A stretch of 64,000 nucleotides of DNA from Octopus vulgaris (lineage: Eukaryota). The stretch is from assembly GCA_951406725.2 (NCBI GenBank), contig OX597825.1, forward strand, positions 75,702,001 through 75,766,000, given 5' to 3'. The translations under genes were made by a program, and so were the position numbers. Under the pieces are notes generated by a model. The model worked only from the letters and a program-made list of their open reading frames with translations, was not told the origin of the DNA and did no database searches. Within the stretch, counting starts at the first letter, position 1. Each line of letters begins with the position of its first letter. Shown piece by piece: positions 24,477-37,229 of the stretch.

Positions 24477-25879
24477 TGACCAATGAGTCACTTTGCGTTT
24501 TATTGCATGAAAATAGTAACCAAGGGACGTGAAGCTAATGAGTAAATGTCAGAGTTATCTCTCTTCTATTAAACAGACAAATCTTTAAGAGAGCAACGGA
24601 GAAAAAGAAAGGAAGATCAAAGCCTTTCACATGGATTTTCGTGCCAAAAGAATTGGCCAAAATCTGTCTTAAGGAGTGCGCGATGGGGTGGAGGTGAAAA
24701 CGATCTTGAATTTGCAGAAATTATTTTTCATAAACAGATGCACCTCCCACTCTCTCGTTTCGAAAGTCGTGGCGAACAAAAAAATTCCAAAATCTCCGTC
24801 AAATCGGAGAATATCTAAATTAAGTCGCGTGCAGATCTGAAACTTCGCCGTGTTTGTTTCGTTCTACTATTAAATATTTTACAATTTAAAAAGTGGCATA
24901 TCTTGTGTACGATCAATAGTTTGTTTATGCATAAAGACCTTGCTTGTTGTGTGTATCTCGATTGGAGTTGTTTAACGAATAATGAGGAAGGTACACTTCA
25001 GCCAGAGTGTAAGTTTGTATCAAGCAATGTTAGAATGTGTTGTACACTAATTTTAATATAGCCTTATTAGAATTTTATAACGCTTAATTGGGAAATAACC
25101 GACAGCTACAAAGTTTTAAATTAAGAATACTGAATTAAAATTAAGTTAAAGAAATTCCTCATTTGCATAACTGCAATAGATTTTACCAATGACAAAACTG
25201 CTCAACACAATAACATTAACTGATATTTTAAACACATTCGTAAAAATGAGGAAAGGGAAATTAGTAACCAGGGTAGAATTAGTAACTTCTGATTTCTCGA
25301 TATTTTCTCTCTGCATGTTTAAACCCTTTACACTGCAAGTATTACTTCATCATTTTGTATTGAAGGGTCATCTTTAGAAATGAAAATTGGTCAGCATACG
25401 TTTTGTTATTAAAGTTGAGAGAGTCCCAAATGTACTCAGTCGAAATGTACTTTTTTTCAATAAATTTTTCCTCAGTTTTGACCCGACTGTAATTGAGGTT
25501 TCTAATAAAATATCTGCGGCAAATTTACATTATCGTATCTTCTTCATTCTGCTACGAACAAATTTGTCTTTTACGGACCCAAAGAAAGTGGGAATGAAAT
25601 TTCTGAAATAATAACCAAATTCTGTAACAATACTCCTAATGCATATAGCAAATTCCGTTCAATTAGCTGATATACTTTTTAGTATATACTTTGGTAGATT
25701 TATAACAAATCTCAATAAAAAAGAGAAAAAAGAGAAAAAGAGAAAAAGGGTCATTTGAAAGAAAAAAACTACTATAAAAACGCCTTACCTTTCTCTTGCT
25801 ATTTTGACATGAGTTGTTGGACATATTTTATAAGTTCTCAGTAAGCAGACGACAATTGATTCACTAAAGCGCATGCGCT
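24280..25879 (-). pseudogene. Putative spliced transcription unit, copy A (pseudogene, lncRNA or micropeptide gene)
   Basis: ATG exon 25824-25789 (MSNNSCQNSKRK) with AAG|GTAAGG; acceptor TATTTCAG at 25603; long frame broken by stops (YFIRNLNYSRVKTEEKFIEKKY..KMMK*YLQCKGFK); AATAAA at 24285-24280. Confidence 0.45.
25868..25879. promoter_or_regulatory. NRF1/Ewg-type palindromic site AGCGCATGCGCT
   Basis: GCGCATGCGC core in AT-rich context, about 45 nt upstream of the minus-strand ATG; identical at 29687-29698. Confidence 0.5.
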
Positions 25880-26034
25880 AAATGACGGCTCAAATAGAAT
25901 TTTGAAGAAGAAAAAGCATAGGAGATAAACAGCATTGTCCGCTGTTCCGTTCAGTAAACAACTTCCCTTACGTTCCCTCTGTCTCTTCTCTCTGTCTCCC
26001 TCTCTCTCTCTCTCTCCATCTATCTATCTATCTA

Positions 26035-26250
26035 TTTTATTTCTTTATTGCCCACAAGGGGCTAAACATAGAGGGGACAAACAAGGACAGACAAACAGAT
26101 TAAGTCGATTATATCGACCTCAGTGCGTAACTGGTACTTAATTTATCGACCCCGAAAGAATGAAAGGCGAAGTCGACCTCGGCGGACGAAATACCGCTAA
26201 GCATTTCGCCCGGGGTGCTAACGTTTCTGCCAGCTTCGCCTGCCTGCCTA

Positions 26251-26260
<10 letters not shown>
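26035..26260 (-). mobile_element. SINE family A with an internal deletion of the B-box
   Basis: TTATTGCCCACAAGGGGCTAAAC tail; junction CTCGGCGGACGAAATACC lacks ATTTGAACTCAGAACG. Confidence 0.85.
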
Positions 26261-26284
<24 letters not shown>

Positions 26285-26329
26285 TGTCTGTCTGTCTGTC
26301 TGTCTCTTTTGTTTCTCCTCTACCCTCAG

Positions 26330-27300
26330 CAAATCTTCCCTCGGCGTATTTAATATATAGACTAGCAGTACTCGTAGAAATTCCACTGTAAATACGAAAT
26401 TTTTTACATGGTTTAAAGTTTATACACACTGCTTAGTTTTCATTTAAAATCGCATTTCAATTCTTCTAGATAAAGCTGTAAGGGAAGAAGCATGACTCCT
26501 ATTCTCTCAGCAGTTGAGAGATTCATTTATAAATATAAGAGCTTCATAATGAAACGTTTACGTGTTTGTTTTGCAAATTTCCTGATGCGAAATCGTGTGT
26601 TGAAACAGATATTGTTATATTTAGGCATGGTCCTTTTTTCTTTATTGTTTTCCTGGATAATTACACACCCGCACTATATATTCGTTCTTCACTCCAGATT
26701 TATTATTGTCCTTATCTTATTGTCCAGACAATAAAATTGTTGAACAAACGTTCGGATTTTTGTGAATGTGAGAAGTGTTTGTCCAACAATCAAAGGAGTA
26801 TTCTTCGCACTCAGGTTTTAACATTAAGAAAGACGGGTGGAGAAAGCCAAACGACATTCCGATGGTACTTCCTTTTGCGAGTGCCAGGGCTAGGCAAATA
26901 GGAAAAGCGGTGCTTAAACTCAGTGGACGCCAAAACCATGTTGTAAACATGGACTGCGGCGTTGAACATCACTTGGCTTGAGGACAGGTTCAAGACTCTC
27001 TGACTGACACCCTTCACTATGTTTCTGAACACGATAGAAGGTTGTGTTAGTGTAGGACAGCCTCACATTTTGCTTTGCGGTAGGGTCTGTAAGAACAAAA
27101 CTCAGGTCTAATGTAGCATCTAAAAAGTTTACAACGGTGAAGTTAATCGCGGTTGTAATATTGAGCCCCACGCTGCTAATTGTGCTAATTAGGCCTTTCA
27201 GAGGTGCGGAGGTTAGCCCCTCAAGAGTTGCTTGAGCGTCATCTCTGTATAGAAGAAAGAGAACTGATGGGAAAATCTTCTTTAAGATGCCGAATATATA
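26330..27300 (-). mobile_element. Penelope-like RT remnant
   Basis: LYRDDA, GLNIT..VVNFLDATLDL, IVKGVSQRVLNLSSS, RNVVWLSPP..NVKT. Confidence 0.8.
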
Positions 27301-27514
27301 CCAACCTATAAGGGTGCCTCTCTTTCTCTCTCTCTCTCCATATCTATCTAACTTTCTGTGTGTATATATATATTCATATCATATATATATATGTATATAT
27401 AATGTGTGTATGTGCGCGCATGCGTGCGTGTGCGTATGTGTGTGTACAAGCGTGTATGTCTGTGTTTGTGTGAATCTGATAAACTGAATTCAATTAACGA
27501 TACAAATTTACAGT

Positions 27515-29698
27515 TTTATTTTGATTAGAATAACAGTGTCTTCAGAAGAAAACCTTTGGATGCTGTTAGCCCGCCTTCAATGTCTCGAACCATCACCCAC
27601 TCTTTTACTCTTTTCCTCGTATGACCGATGTGTTATACGTTTAATTACATGAAAAATGGTAACCAAGGGACATGAATCTGATAAATAAGTCAGAGTCATC
27701 TCTCTTCTATGTAATAGACAATCGTTAATGACAACAGAGAAAAAGAAAGGAGTATCAAAGCACTTCCATGGATTCAAGTGCCAAAAGAATTGGCCAAAAT
27801 CGGGATGAAAGAGTGGCGATGAGAGAGAGGTGAGAAAGATCATAAATTTTCAAAAATTGTTTTTCGTAAAAATTTCTCCCGCTCTCCCTCATTTCGAAAG
27901 CCTTGGAGATAAACAGATTGATAAAATCTCCGTCAAAACGGAGAAAATCCAACTTACGTAGGCTTCCTGATCCAAAACTCTGCTGTACACTGTTCCTCCT
28001 ACTATTAGCTATTAAATATTTCACAATTTAAGAAGTGACATATTTTGTGTATGATGAATAGTTTTATCCAGAACGATATCGATGGTCGTGTGTGTCTCTA
28101 TTAGTGTTGTTTAACGAATACTGAGTAAGCTTATATCAAGTAATGTTAGTTATGTTGTATTCAAATTTTATGATCTTTAATTTTAAAATAAATGACGACT
28201 ACAAAGTTTTAAAATATAAATACTGAAGTGAATTAAAATTAAAAGAAAGAAATTTCTTATTTGTATAGTTGCAATAAATATACTAATAACAATTAATACT
28301 GCTCAACATTAGCTGATATTTTTAATGCAGTCGTAAAAGTATGGAGAAGGAATTTAATAACCAGGGCAAATGAATAACTTCTGATTTCTTGATATTTTCT
28401 CCCTACATCTTTGAAATCACGACACTGCAAATATTGCTTCATCATCTACTACTAAAGCATCAGCTTCCAAGGTAAAAATTGGTTAATATAGCTGTTGTTA
28501 TTGTTGAAGTTGAGTAAGACCGAAACTTAGGTGACAGGTAATCATTTTTCAAGAAATTTTTCCTCAACTTTGACTCGAATGTAATTGAGGTTGCTAATAA
28601 AATATCTGAATAATTCTTGGAGCTTAACAATCAATATTCTTTTCTCTGTTCGATGCCAATCAATTTTTTTCTCACATTCATGTCTAATTTGATCATTTTC
28701 AAGTTTCAAGAACTTATTCTAAAGTGGGGTAAAATGAGTTATGACTAATTTCAATAACCTTCTCTTTTTAACTGTATGCTGCGTAAATATATCGCAAAGT
28801 AAACACTCCAGTAGCTCATTCAAAAGCTATAGAGAATATTTTATGCTGCATTTTTTAAAAAACTTTGTCGAGTTTCATAAATTCCATATCATGCACCATT
28901 TCCCCCTCATCCTCTTTCATTTAACCTAGGTATTTAAATTTTTTTGTTTTGCAATTCTAATCTTTCCAATATCTTGGGATGGATATAGATATTTACGGAA
29001 AATTGAAGCGGCAAATTTACGTTATCTTGTCTTCTTCATTTTGCCCCAAACAAATTTGTCTTTTATATGCTCGAAACGAACGGTAGATATTTTTTTCTGA
29101 TAGACAGCAGTTTATGTTATAATCTCCATTCAGGAAAGGCCATGTGTTCATCTGATATAGTTTTTGTAAGGTAGGGAACATTTGTAAAAAATATATTTTG
29201 TTTTAAAGTCAAAAATGCAGCAGAAACTCCACATTGAGCCCACACACCTCCCTATAATGAAGACTGTCATTGGATAGGTAATTATTAAACTACTAGTACC
29301 CTGTGGAAACCCGACGACTATTTTGAAAATTGTAAGAAGGAAATGTATATTTTTCTGAACCATAAGACCCGTGAAAGGATATAAAATTCTATACAAGTAA
29401 TATTAAATGTGCAATCTCAAGATGCAACATCTCTGAAAGATTCTATATTCTCATATCTTCTACTTTGTGATTTATCTGTTATTTTTCATTTTATGTTAAG
29501 AACAAAATCAAACACATTATCTATATTATTGCTTCCTACTTTAGTAGATCTATAACAAATCTCAATACGGTCATTTGAAAGAAAAAACTACTATAAAAAC
29601 GCCTTACCTTTCTCTTGCTATTTTGACGTGAGTTGTTGGACATATTTTATAAGTTCTCAGTAAGCAGACGACAATTGATTCACTAAAGCGCATGCGCT
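27515..29698 (-). pseudogene. Putative spliced transcription unit, copy B
   Basis: ATG exon 29643-29608 (MSNNSRQNSKRK|GTAAGG); candidate exon 29096-28997; candidate GT-AG intron 28996-28606; AATAAA at 27520-27515; frames interrupted. Confidence 0.45.
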
Positions 29699-29808
29699 AA
29701 ATGACGGCTCAAATAGAATTTTGAAGAAGAAAAAGCATAGGAGATAAACAGCATTGTCCGCTGTTCCGTTCAGTAAACAGATTCCCTTACGCTCCCTCTG
29801 TCTCTCCC

Positions 29809-29859
<51 letters not shown>

Positions 29860-29862
<3 letters not shown>

Positions 29863-30250
29863 TTTATTTCTTTATTGCCCACAAGGGGCTAAACATAGAG
29901 GGGACAAACAAGGACAGACAAACAGATTAAGTCGATTATATCGACCTCAGTGCTTAACTGGTACTTAATTTATCGACCCCGAAAGAATGAAAGGCAAAGT
30001 CAACCTCGGCGGAATTTGAACTCAGAACGTAACGGCAGACGAAATACCTATTTCTTTACTACCCACAAGGGGCTAAACACAGAAGGGACAAACAAGGACA
30101 GACAAACGGATTAAATCGATTATATCGACCCCAGTACGTAACTGGTACATATTTAATCGACCTCGAAAGGATGAGAGACAAAGTCGACCTCGGCGGACGA
30201 AATACCGCTAAGCATTTCGCCCGGGGCACTAACGTTTCTGCCAGCTTCGC
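29860..30250 (-). mobile_element. Tandem dimer of SINE family A
   Basis: Two CCCACAAGGGGCTAAAC tails at about 29878 and 30062; followed by (CTAT)n/(CTGT)n to about 30560. Confidence 0.85.
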
Positions 30251-30312
<62 letters not shown>

Positions 30313-30325
30313 GTTTGTCTGTCTA

Positions 30326-30454
<129 letters not shown>

Positions 30455-30455
30455 T

Positions 30456-30524
<69 letters not shown>

Positions 30525-30589
30525 ATATCTATCTATCTATCTATCTATCTCTCTATCTATCTTCTTTGTTATTGTCTTTTTTTCTTTCA

Positions 30590-31510
30590 ACAAATTTTCC
30601 CTTAACGTATTAATATATAGATTAGCAGTACCCGTAGAAATTCCACTATAAATACGAAATTTTTTATATGGTCTGACGTTCATATAGACACATAAAAGTT
30701 AATGTTACTTTATAAATTGTATATTCTGCATGATTTTCATTTAAAAACACATTTCAGTTCTTCTAGACAAGGTTGTAAGAGAAAGCGCATGACTTTCCCA
30801 TTCTCTCAGCAGTTCAGAGGTTCATTTATAACTCTAAGAGCTTCACAATGTTTGTTTATTTTGCACGAATTCTGATGTGAAGTCGTGTGTTGAAATAGAC
30901 ACGATTGCATAAGATTATTTTGAGATGGTCATTTTTCTTTTTCTTTTTCTTATTTTATTGTCCTGACAATATAATTATTAAACTGAAGTGTTTGTCCTAT
31001 AATCAAAGGAATATTCCCCACACACCCGCTTTAACATTGAGAAAGAAAGATTGGGGAAAACTAAACACTATTACGATGGTACTTTCTTTTGCGAGTGTTA
31101 AGACCTTACAAATAGGAAATACAATCCTTAAACTAACTGGACGCCAGTCTCGTTGTAATAAGGAAGCACGGTATAGAAAATCTCTTGGCTTCAGGACAGG
31201 TTCGAAATTCTCTTGCTGACACATTTCACTTGGTTCCTGAGCACAAGAGGCTGTGTTAGTGTAGGACAGTCTCTCATTTGCTTTGCGGTGGGGTTAGAAC
31301 AGGGACTCGGGTCAAATGTAACGTCTAACTGTGATGAAGCTAAACCGATTGTTATCTTGAGCTCCATGCTGTTAAGTGTATTGATTAAGTTCCTTAAGCC
31401 TATCAGAGGTGTGTCCATTAGCTCATCTAGAGGTTGCCAGAGCATTATCTCTGTATAGAACAAAGAGAAATGATGGGCAACTCTTCTTTAAGATACCTAA
31501 AATATACAGC
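30590..31510 (-). mobile_element. Penelope-like RT remnant (paralogue of 26330-27300)
   Basis: Collinear; LFYTEIM at the position of YRDD, VFSFPQSFFLNVKA. Confidence 0.75.
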
Positions 31511-32220
31511 TATACAACCCAATAAGGTTACCTCGCCCTCTCTCTCTCTCTCTCCCTCTCCCTTCTCTCTTTGATCGGTGCGAGGCAATAGTAGACGACA
31601 CTTGCCCAAGGTGCCGCGCTGTGGGACTGAACCCGGAAACATGTGGTTGGTAAGCAAGCTACTTAACATACTGCCACTCCTGCGCCGATAATATGTATAC
31701 AAGCTGGACCCGTGAAAAATTCACGGAAAACATAAAAAATGTATCTGTAAACAGTGTACTGGTGCCATGAAACATGTTTGTATATTGTAACCGTCTGTCT
31801 TTACATTCTGAGTTCAAATTCTGTCGAGGTCGACTTTGCCTTTCGTCGTTTCGGGGTCGATAAATTAAGTACCAGTTGTGTACTGGGGTCGATCTAATCA
31901 ACTGGCCCCCTCCCCACAAAAAATTCAGGCCAAGAAAAATATTTTGTGACAGTTACAGAATATAGAAAGTAATGTAACACCAACGACTATATAATCCAAC
32001 CAAAATATCTCAGTTACACAAACGTAAATGGAATTACTATTTAACCTTAAAATACATCGTACATATTCAAAGAACCTTAATGTAGAAATTGAAATACAAA
32101 AGAACGAAATAATAAATGGATTTCTGAATGTAAGGTGGGTAATTGCGTTTATTTCCACCACGCGACACTTATTATTGCAAACATGTTTTAACTAACCTAA
32201 ACTATACAAACACAAATACA

Positions 32221-32328
<108 letters not shown>

Positions 32329-32899
32329 TCGAGTTGTAGCTGTAATTGAAAGGCGCCAGCCTTGTCATATTCTGTGTGAGGCTGAATCTCCCTGAGAACA
32401 ACGTTAATGTTATGCATGTCTGTAGAGTACTCAGCCATTTGTGAGTTAATTTTATCCTCATTTGGTAATGAAAAGTGAAACTAACATTCACTATTTGCTG
32501 TTCGCATGTATCTATGTATGAACTTTTCTTTGGATTTATGTATCTGGTGTCTCTCTCACTTTCTCTCTTTCTCTACCGTTGTGTCCCTCTTCTCTCCTGC
32601 TTTCGATTTGACAATATGTATATGTATCTATGTATCTACTTCTCTTGCGATGCGATAAACATTTAAAAACACAAAACGAACGCCATCACCACTCACTATC
32701 TCATTCACTCTCTCTCTCTCTCTCTTTCTTTCTTACTTCCTCTCTCTCGCGTTGCCACTTCTTTGGAGTAAGTGTGACGCACACAAAAGGCACATACAAA
32801 AACAAAAAGTTAGCGTATTAATATTATTAATGTTATGGTGATATCGATATATATTTTATGTGAACTACCTTGGCAACATAAATATGTGTGCGTGCGTGC

Positions 32900-33395
32900 A
32901 TGAAACTGATAAACTGAATACAATTTACAATACAAATTTGCAGGTTTATTGTGATTAAAATACCCGTGACTTCAGAAAAAAAAACCCTTTGAATGTTTTT
33001 AACCTACTTTCAGCGTCTGTGACTGTCACTCAGTCCCACTTGGTTTGTTGATTTAGTCTTTTCTTAGTGTGACCAATGAGCCACATTGCATTTCATTACA
33101 TGAAAATAGTAACTAAGGGACGTCGGTCAATAAATGAAAGTCAGGGTTCTATGTAACTGACAAATGTTAAGGGCAACGGAAAACATGAAAAGAAGACCAA
33201 GTTTACCTCACATGAATTTTAGTGCCAAAAGAATAGGTCAAACTATGTCAGAAGGAATGCACGGTGGGTAAAAGGTGAAAAGGATCATGAATTTTCAGAA
33301 ATTATTTTTCATAAAAAGATGCCCTGCCAACTCCCTATTTTCGAAAGTCGTGGCGAGAGAATATTGGGAAAATCCCATCAAAACGGAGAAAATTT
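32900..33395. repeat. Partial third copy (C) of the duplicated block, 3' exon only
   Basis: Shares CTTCAGAA, GTGACCAATGAG, CATGAAAATAGTAAC, GTGCCAAAAGAAT, TTTCGAAAGTCGTGGCGA with 24235-24815. Confidence 0.85.
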
Positions 33396-33946
33396 AATAA
33401 TGTCATAAATAACAGTGACAAACGAAAATACACCACCGATAGCAGTTGTTGACAAACAACGACAGTATTCAGTATTCAGCTGAATACACGTCATTGATTG
33501 GTTGAAATTAACGAAATACGACAACTTTAACGGGAAATAACTTCGTAAATATAAGCTTTTCTTAAAAGCGCTAAGAGTAAAAGATGTTTTATATGACACA
33601 GTCCGAAGTTTGAAAGTGTTTAGTTACAAAAAATTATTTTTAAAATCTGTCGGTCAAAAGGTAAAGATCCATTTATTTATTTATTGGCGAGCTCCCATCG
33701 CCCTTTATTTGATCAACAAAATTGGATGAATGGTTGACAACTTCATGAGTATAGAAGTTACCGAGATCCACTTAAGAAGCCCACCCATCAGATATCCAAT
33801 GTGTTTTATGAAATTCTGGTATATCACTGTCATCACTCCCGCTTTCAACCGCAGTTTACTTTCATTTTTTTAGCCCAATTTACTTTCACTACTTTATGGC
33901 AGTAAACTGAGTTAGCCAAATTCTAAACTGTGTTGTTTTTAATGGT

Positions 33947-34347
33947 GGATCTTTTCGGTTTGAACGGCAGTTTTTTCTAGCGGTGTCATATGAAATTGTC
34001 ACCCATAATTATGACCCTAGTATCGATCTATTGCATTTCAATCTGCTTTAGGGTTAGGGGGGGGGGGGTATCTTTTTTTCTTCAGAAATGTAAATAAACC
34101 CAATCTGTTTCTTAAACGAGGGACATATTCATACGGCACAGAATGTTTTCACCTCAATAGACGTCACTGATTGGTTGACATTGCAGAACTTGAAGAAAAA
34201 AACAACAACACATCTTACAAACTATAGAATTTTCTCAATAAAGCCAAGAGAAAAAGATGTTTTATATTCTACCAGTATACGAAGTTTAAAAGTGTCTAGT
34301 TACGTGGAAATTATTTTAAAAAACTGCCGGTCAAACCGAAAAGTTCC
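33947..34347. mobile_element. MITE-like element (about 400 bp) with 29-bp TIRs; related half element at about 33490-33670
   Basis: GGATCTTTTCGGTTTGAACGGCAGTTTTT / AAAAACTGCCGGTCAAACCGAAAAGTTCC; internal TTAGGGTTAGGG. Confidence 0.8.
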
Positions 34348-34764
34348 ATAATAATCATTTACATAAAACTATAATTAATTCTGTTTATCAAATATAAGTA
34401 GTTATGGGGAAAAAGGATGATTTATTTGTAAGTTGGATAAATATAGCAAGTCGTATCTATGTGCTTACTCCGTTATACACTGTAGTTTTTGTTTACTTAC
34501 AGATCCAACAACTTTACCGTTATCCTTTTGCTCTCAAATAACTCTGATTCGTTTTTGATATAGAATCTATATCAAGATTTAAAATTCTTTATTTATATTA
34601 TAAATAAATCTTTACTGTTCTAGTTTTTAAGTAGTAATAATTTATAAAGAGACTTATGTACTCCCGTCACCGGTTTTTGGAAGGGAGATAATTTATGAAT
34701 TGTTATTCAGGGGAAACAATTGAAGGACATTTGTTACTGGTTTGGAAGATCGCGAGAATTAAGC

Positions 34765-35676
34765 ATGTTTTCTTTAAGGATTTTTATTGGAAATATACGT
34801 AACGTTGATAGATTTGGTTTTATTTTAACACAGTCGTGTTCCTTTTCCTCTTCGAGAAAGCATTTCAGCGACACACTTCCAACTACAGAAGAATCTACGG
34901 ACCCATCACTCCACGTCCAGACTCGCGGACCTTTACCCTTGATGACGAATCGTCAGCTGAATCACCCCAACAAATCCAAAGAAGGTGTACAAACGTGGCT
35001 TGAATCTCTAAATACCATTGATAACGAGAAACTCGGAATAGTTGATCTCCATCCTGATATATTCGCTACATTTCCTCGTTTGGATATTATTCACTCGAAT
35101 ATAAGGTGGCAGAATAAATACAAACTTATTCGGTATGATTGGGAACCAACACGTGCGGAGATGCGAGGAGGAGGCAGAAAGCCGTGGCCACAGAAAGGTT
35201 TAGGTAAAGCTAGACATGGTAGCAACAGATCTCCGATTTGGCTGAGAGGTGGACGAGCTCATGGGCCACGCGGACCTGAAAGCTTTTTTTATATGCTACC
35301 AACCCACGAACGAGTTTTAGGTTTGAGATCTGCTTTGAGTGTTAAGTTGGCTCAAAATGATTTACACATTGTTGATTCCCTAGAAATTCCCACAGATGAA
35401 CCTGACTATGTTGAAAGTTTGTTTGCTTCTAGGTTTTGGGGATTTTCTGGTCTTTTTATCGACGATACAGATTTTATGCCGCGGAATATTTCTCTGGCTT
35501 TGAACAAATTAGATCACTTCAACCTAATGCCTGTTTATGGACTTAATGTTTACAGTATGTTGAAGCATGAAACTCTTGTGTTGACTCTGGCAGCTGTAGA
35601 AAAAATTGAACAGAAATTGTTATTTCAACTTTACAAGACTGAAAGAGAAAAGAAAACTGTTGTAGGATATTGGTAG
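34765..35676 (+). CDS. MRPL4: 39S mitochondrial ribosomal protein L4 (uL4m), single coding exon, 303 aa
   Basis: GIVDLHPDIFATFPRLDIIH, TRAEMRGGGRKPWPQKGLGKARHGSNRSPIWLRGGRAHGPRGP, NLMPVYGLNVYSMLKHETLVLT; R/S/F-rich N-terminal presequence; first ATG at 34765 (ORF track starts at TTG). Confidence 0.95.
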   Translation: MFSLRIFIGNIRNVDRFGFILTQSCSFSSSRKHFSDTLPTTEESTDPSLHVQTRGPLPLMTNRQLNHPNKSKEGVQTWLESLNTIDNEKLGIVDLHPDIFATFPRLDIIHSNIRWQNKYKLIRYDWEPTRAEMRGGGRKPWPQKGLGKARHGSNRSPIWLRGGRAHGPRGPESFFYMLPTHERVLGLRSALSVKLAQNDLHIVDSLEIPTDEPDYVESLFASRFWGFSGLFIDDTDFMPRNISLALNKLDHFNLMPVYGLNVYSMLKHETLVLTLAAVEKIEQKLLFQLYKTEREKKTVVGYW

Positions 35677-37229
35677 CCTCTTTGTGTGCGTGTGTGTATG
35701 TATATATATATATATGTATATATATATAAATTTTGAACTAAACTTCTCATATTCAGTATATATTGCTAACTAGATTGGACACATAGTTGTCTCCTATGAT
35801 GTAACAGGTTAATTATTTTCACCAAAAGAATGTCCATAAGATAAATATTACTGTAATTACATGTGTGTATGCAGACATAAAAATATTTTTTGATTATTTT
35901 ATAGTCATATGTTGCTTTATTTGCTTCCGTCGCATTTTGGTGACTTTTCTAATATTTTTGAGTGGAATATTGTTTTCCTACTTTCTCAGTTGGTGTATTA
36001 AAAGCATAATGTCACGGAAAGAGATGATCAAAATTAAGCGTTATCTTAGTCCTCAATTTAAATGTTTGACGCTAATTGCGATTCGCACTCAGGAAACGGT
36101 AACTCTGGTAACTCTGCAATAACCTGGTGTGTCTTGCGTATCTCTAGCTTTCCCCCCCCCCACTCATTAGACTGCGGTCGTCATAGGGCATCATCACCTC
36201 GAAGAGTTTAGTTGATCAAATCGCTTCCACTACTTATTTTTGAAAGTCTGGTACTAATTCTATTGGTTTGCTTTACCGTATCGCTATGTTACTGGGACGT
36301 AAACAAAATACCACCGGTTGTCAAGCGGTGGTTGAAACAAACACACACACATATATATATATTTATATCGTAAATTTTACTGCTAGTATGTTCGGCAGTA
36401 AAATATATTAGCCTTGTAATTTATTTTCTAAACATATATAGGCAGATACGAAGAAATATATGCATGTTTATATATCATTATTACTCTTACTATTTCAAGC
36501 ATTTCTATTATATGTGTCTATATACATATGTGCACGTTACGTGTGTATGTTTACTGGAATTTCAGCCATGGAAGTAGTGCTTCTAAGCGCAGACTGTTTG
36601 GGTTAAGAAGTTTTCTTTATAACCAAGGAGTTTGTTTGTTTGACCTGAAAAAAAGAAGAAAAAAGTAGTGTAATAGGTGTAAAACAACTTGCTCTAAACG
36701 AATATGAAAAAAAAAATGGGGGTGGGGGAGAGGACTCGGAAAATTCGCATCGTGAATGTTCCGAGCCCTCACCTCCGTTCGCGAGCGTGCATTTTTTTTT
36801 TTTCTCACATTCGTTATCAATCATGAGTGAAAATAGACTATGCTGCTCTTTGATCTAGTGATACACCAGGATGTGACTACTATCAAGAGAGAGAGAGAGA
36901 GCTGCACCAACACTCAGTTGAGTAGGCTGGGTCAATGTGAAATGAAGTACCTTGCTCAAGGAGTCAACATGCTGCTCAGTCCAGAAATTGAACTCCTGAC
37001 GTTCTGAACATGATCCAAACACTAACCAACTTAACCATGTATCTAGATAGCATTTCTTAAACTATAATAACAGTTACAACTCTAACGCACTCAATAACTT
37101 TTTTTACTTTCAATCCTACTTTGTGACATCTTGGGCAGGTATCTTTATCACAGCCCCAACCCATAAAACTGTTTAGCAGCCTTTAATTCAAAAGGCCACA
37201 CAACTCACACTGATTCAGCTTAAGAGTTT

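Larger units (their letters stand above)
24235..27330. repeat. Tandem segmental duplication, copy A
   Basis: Collinear with 27470-31530 over its whole length (unique block, SINE, microsatellite, Penelope remnant). Confidence 0.9.

Noticed and set aside
34047-34069. TTAGGG telomere-like repeats, also at about 7862
   Set aside because: Only about two units, inside or next to repeats; not a telomeric array
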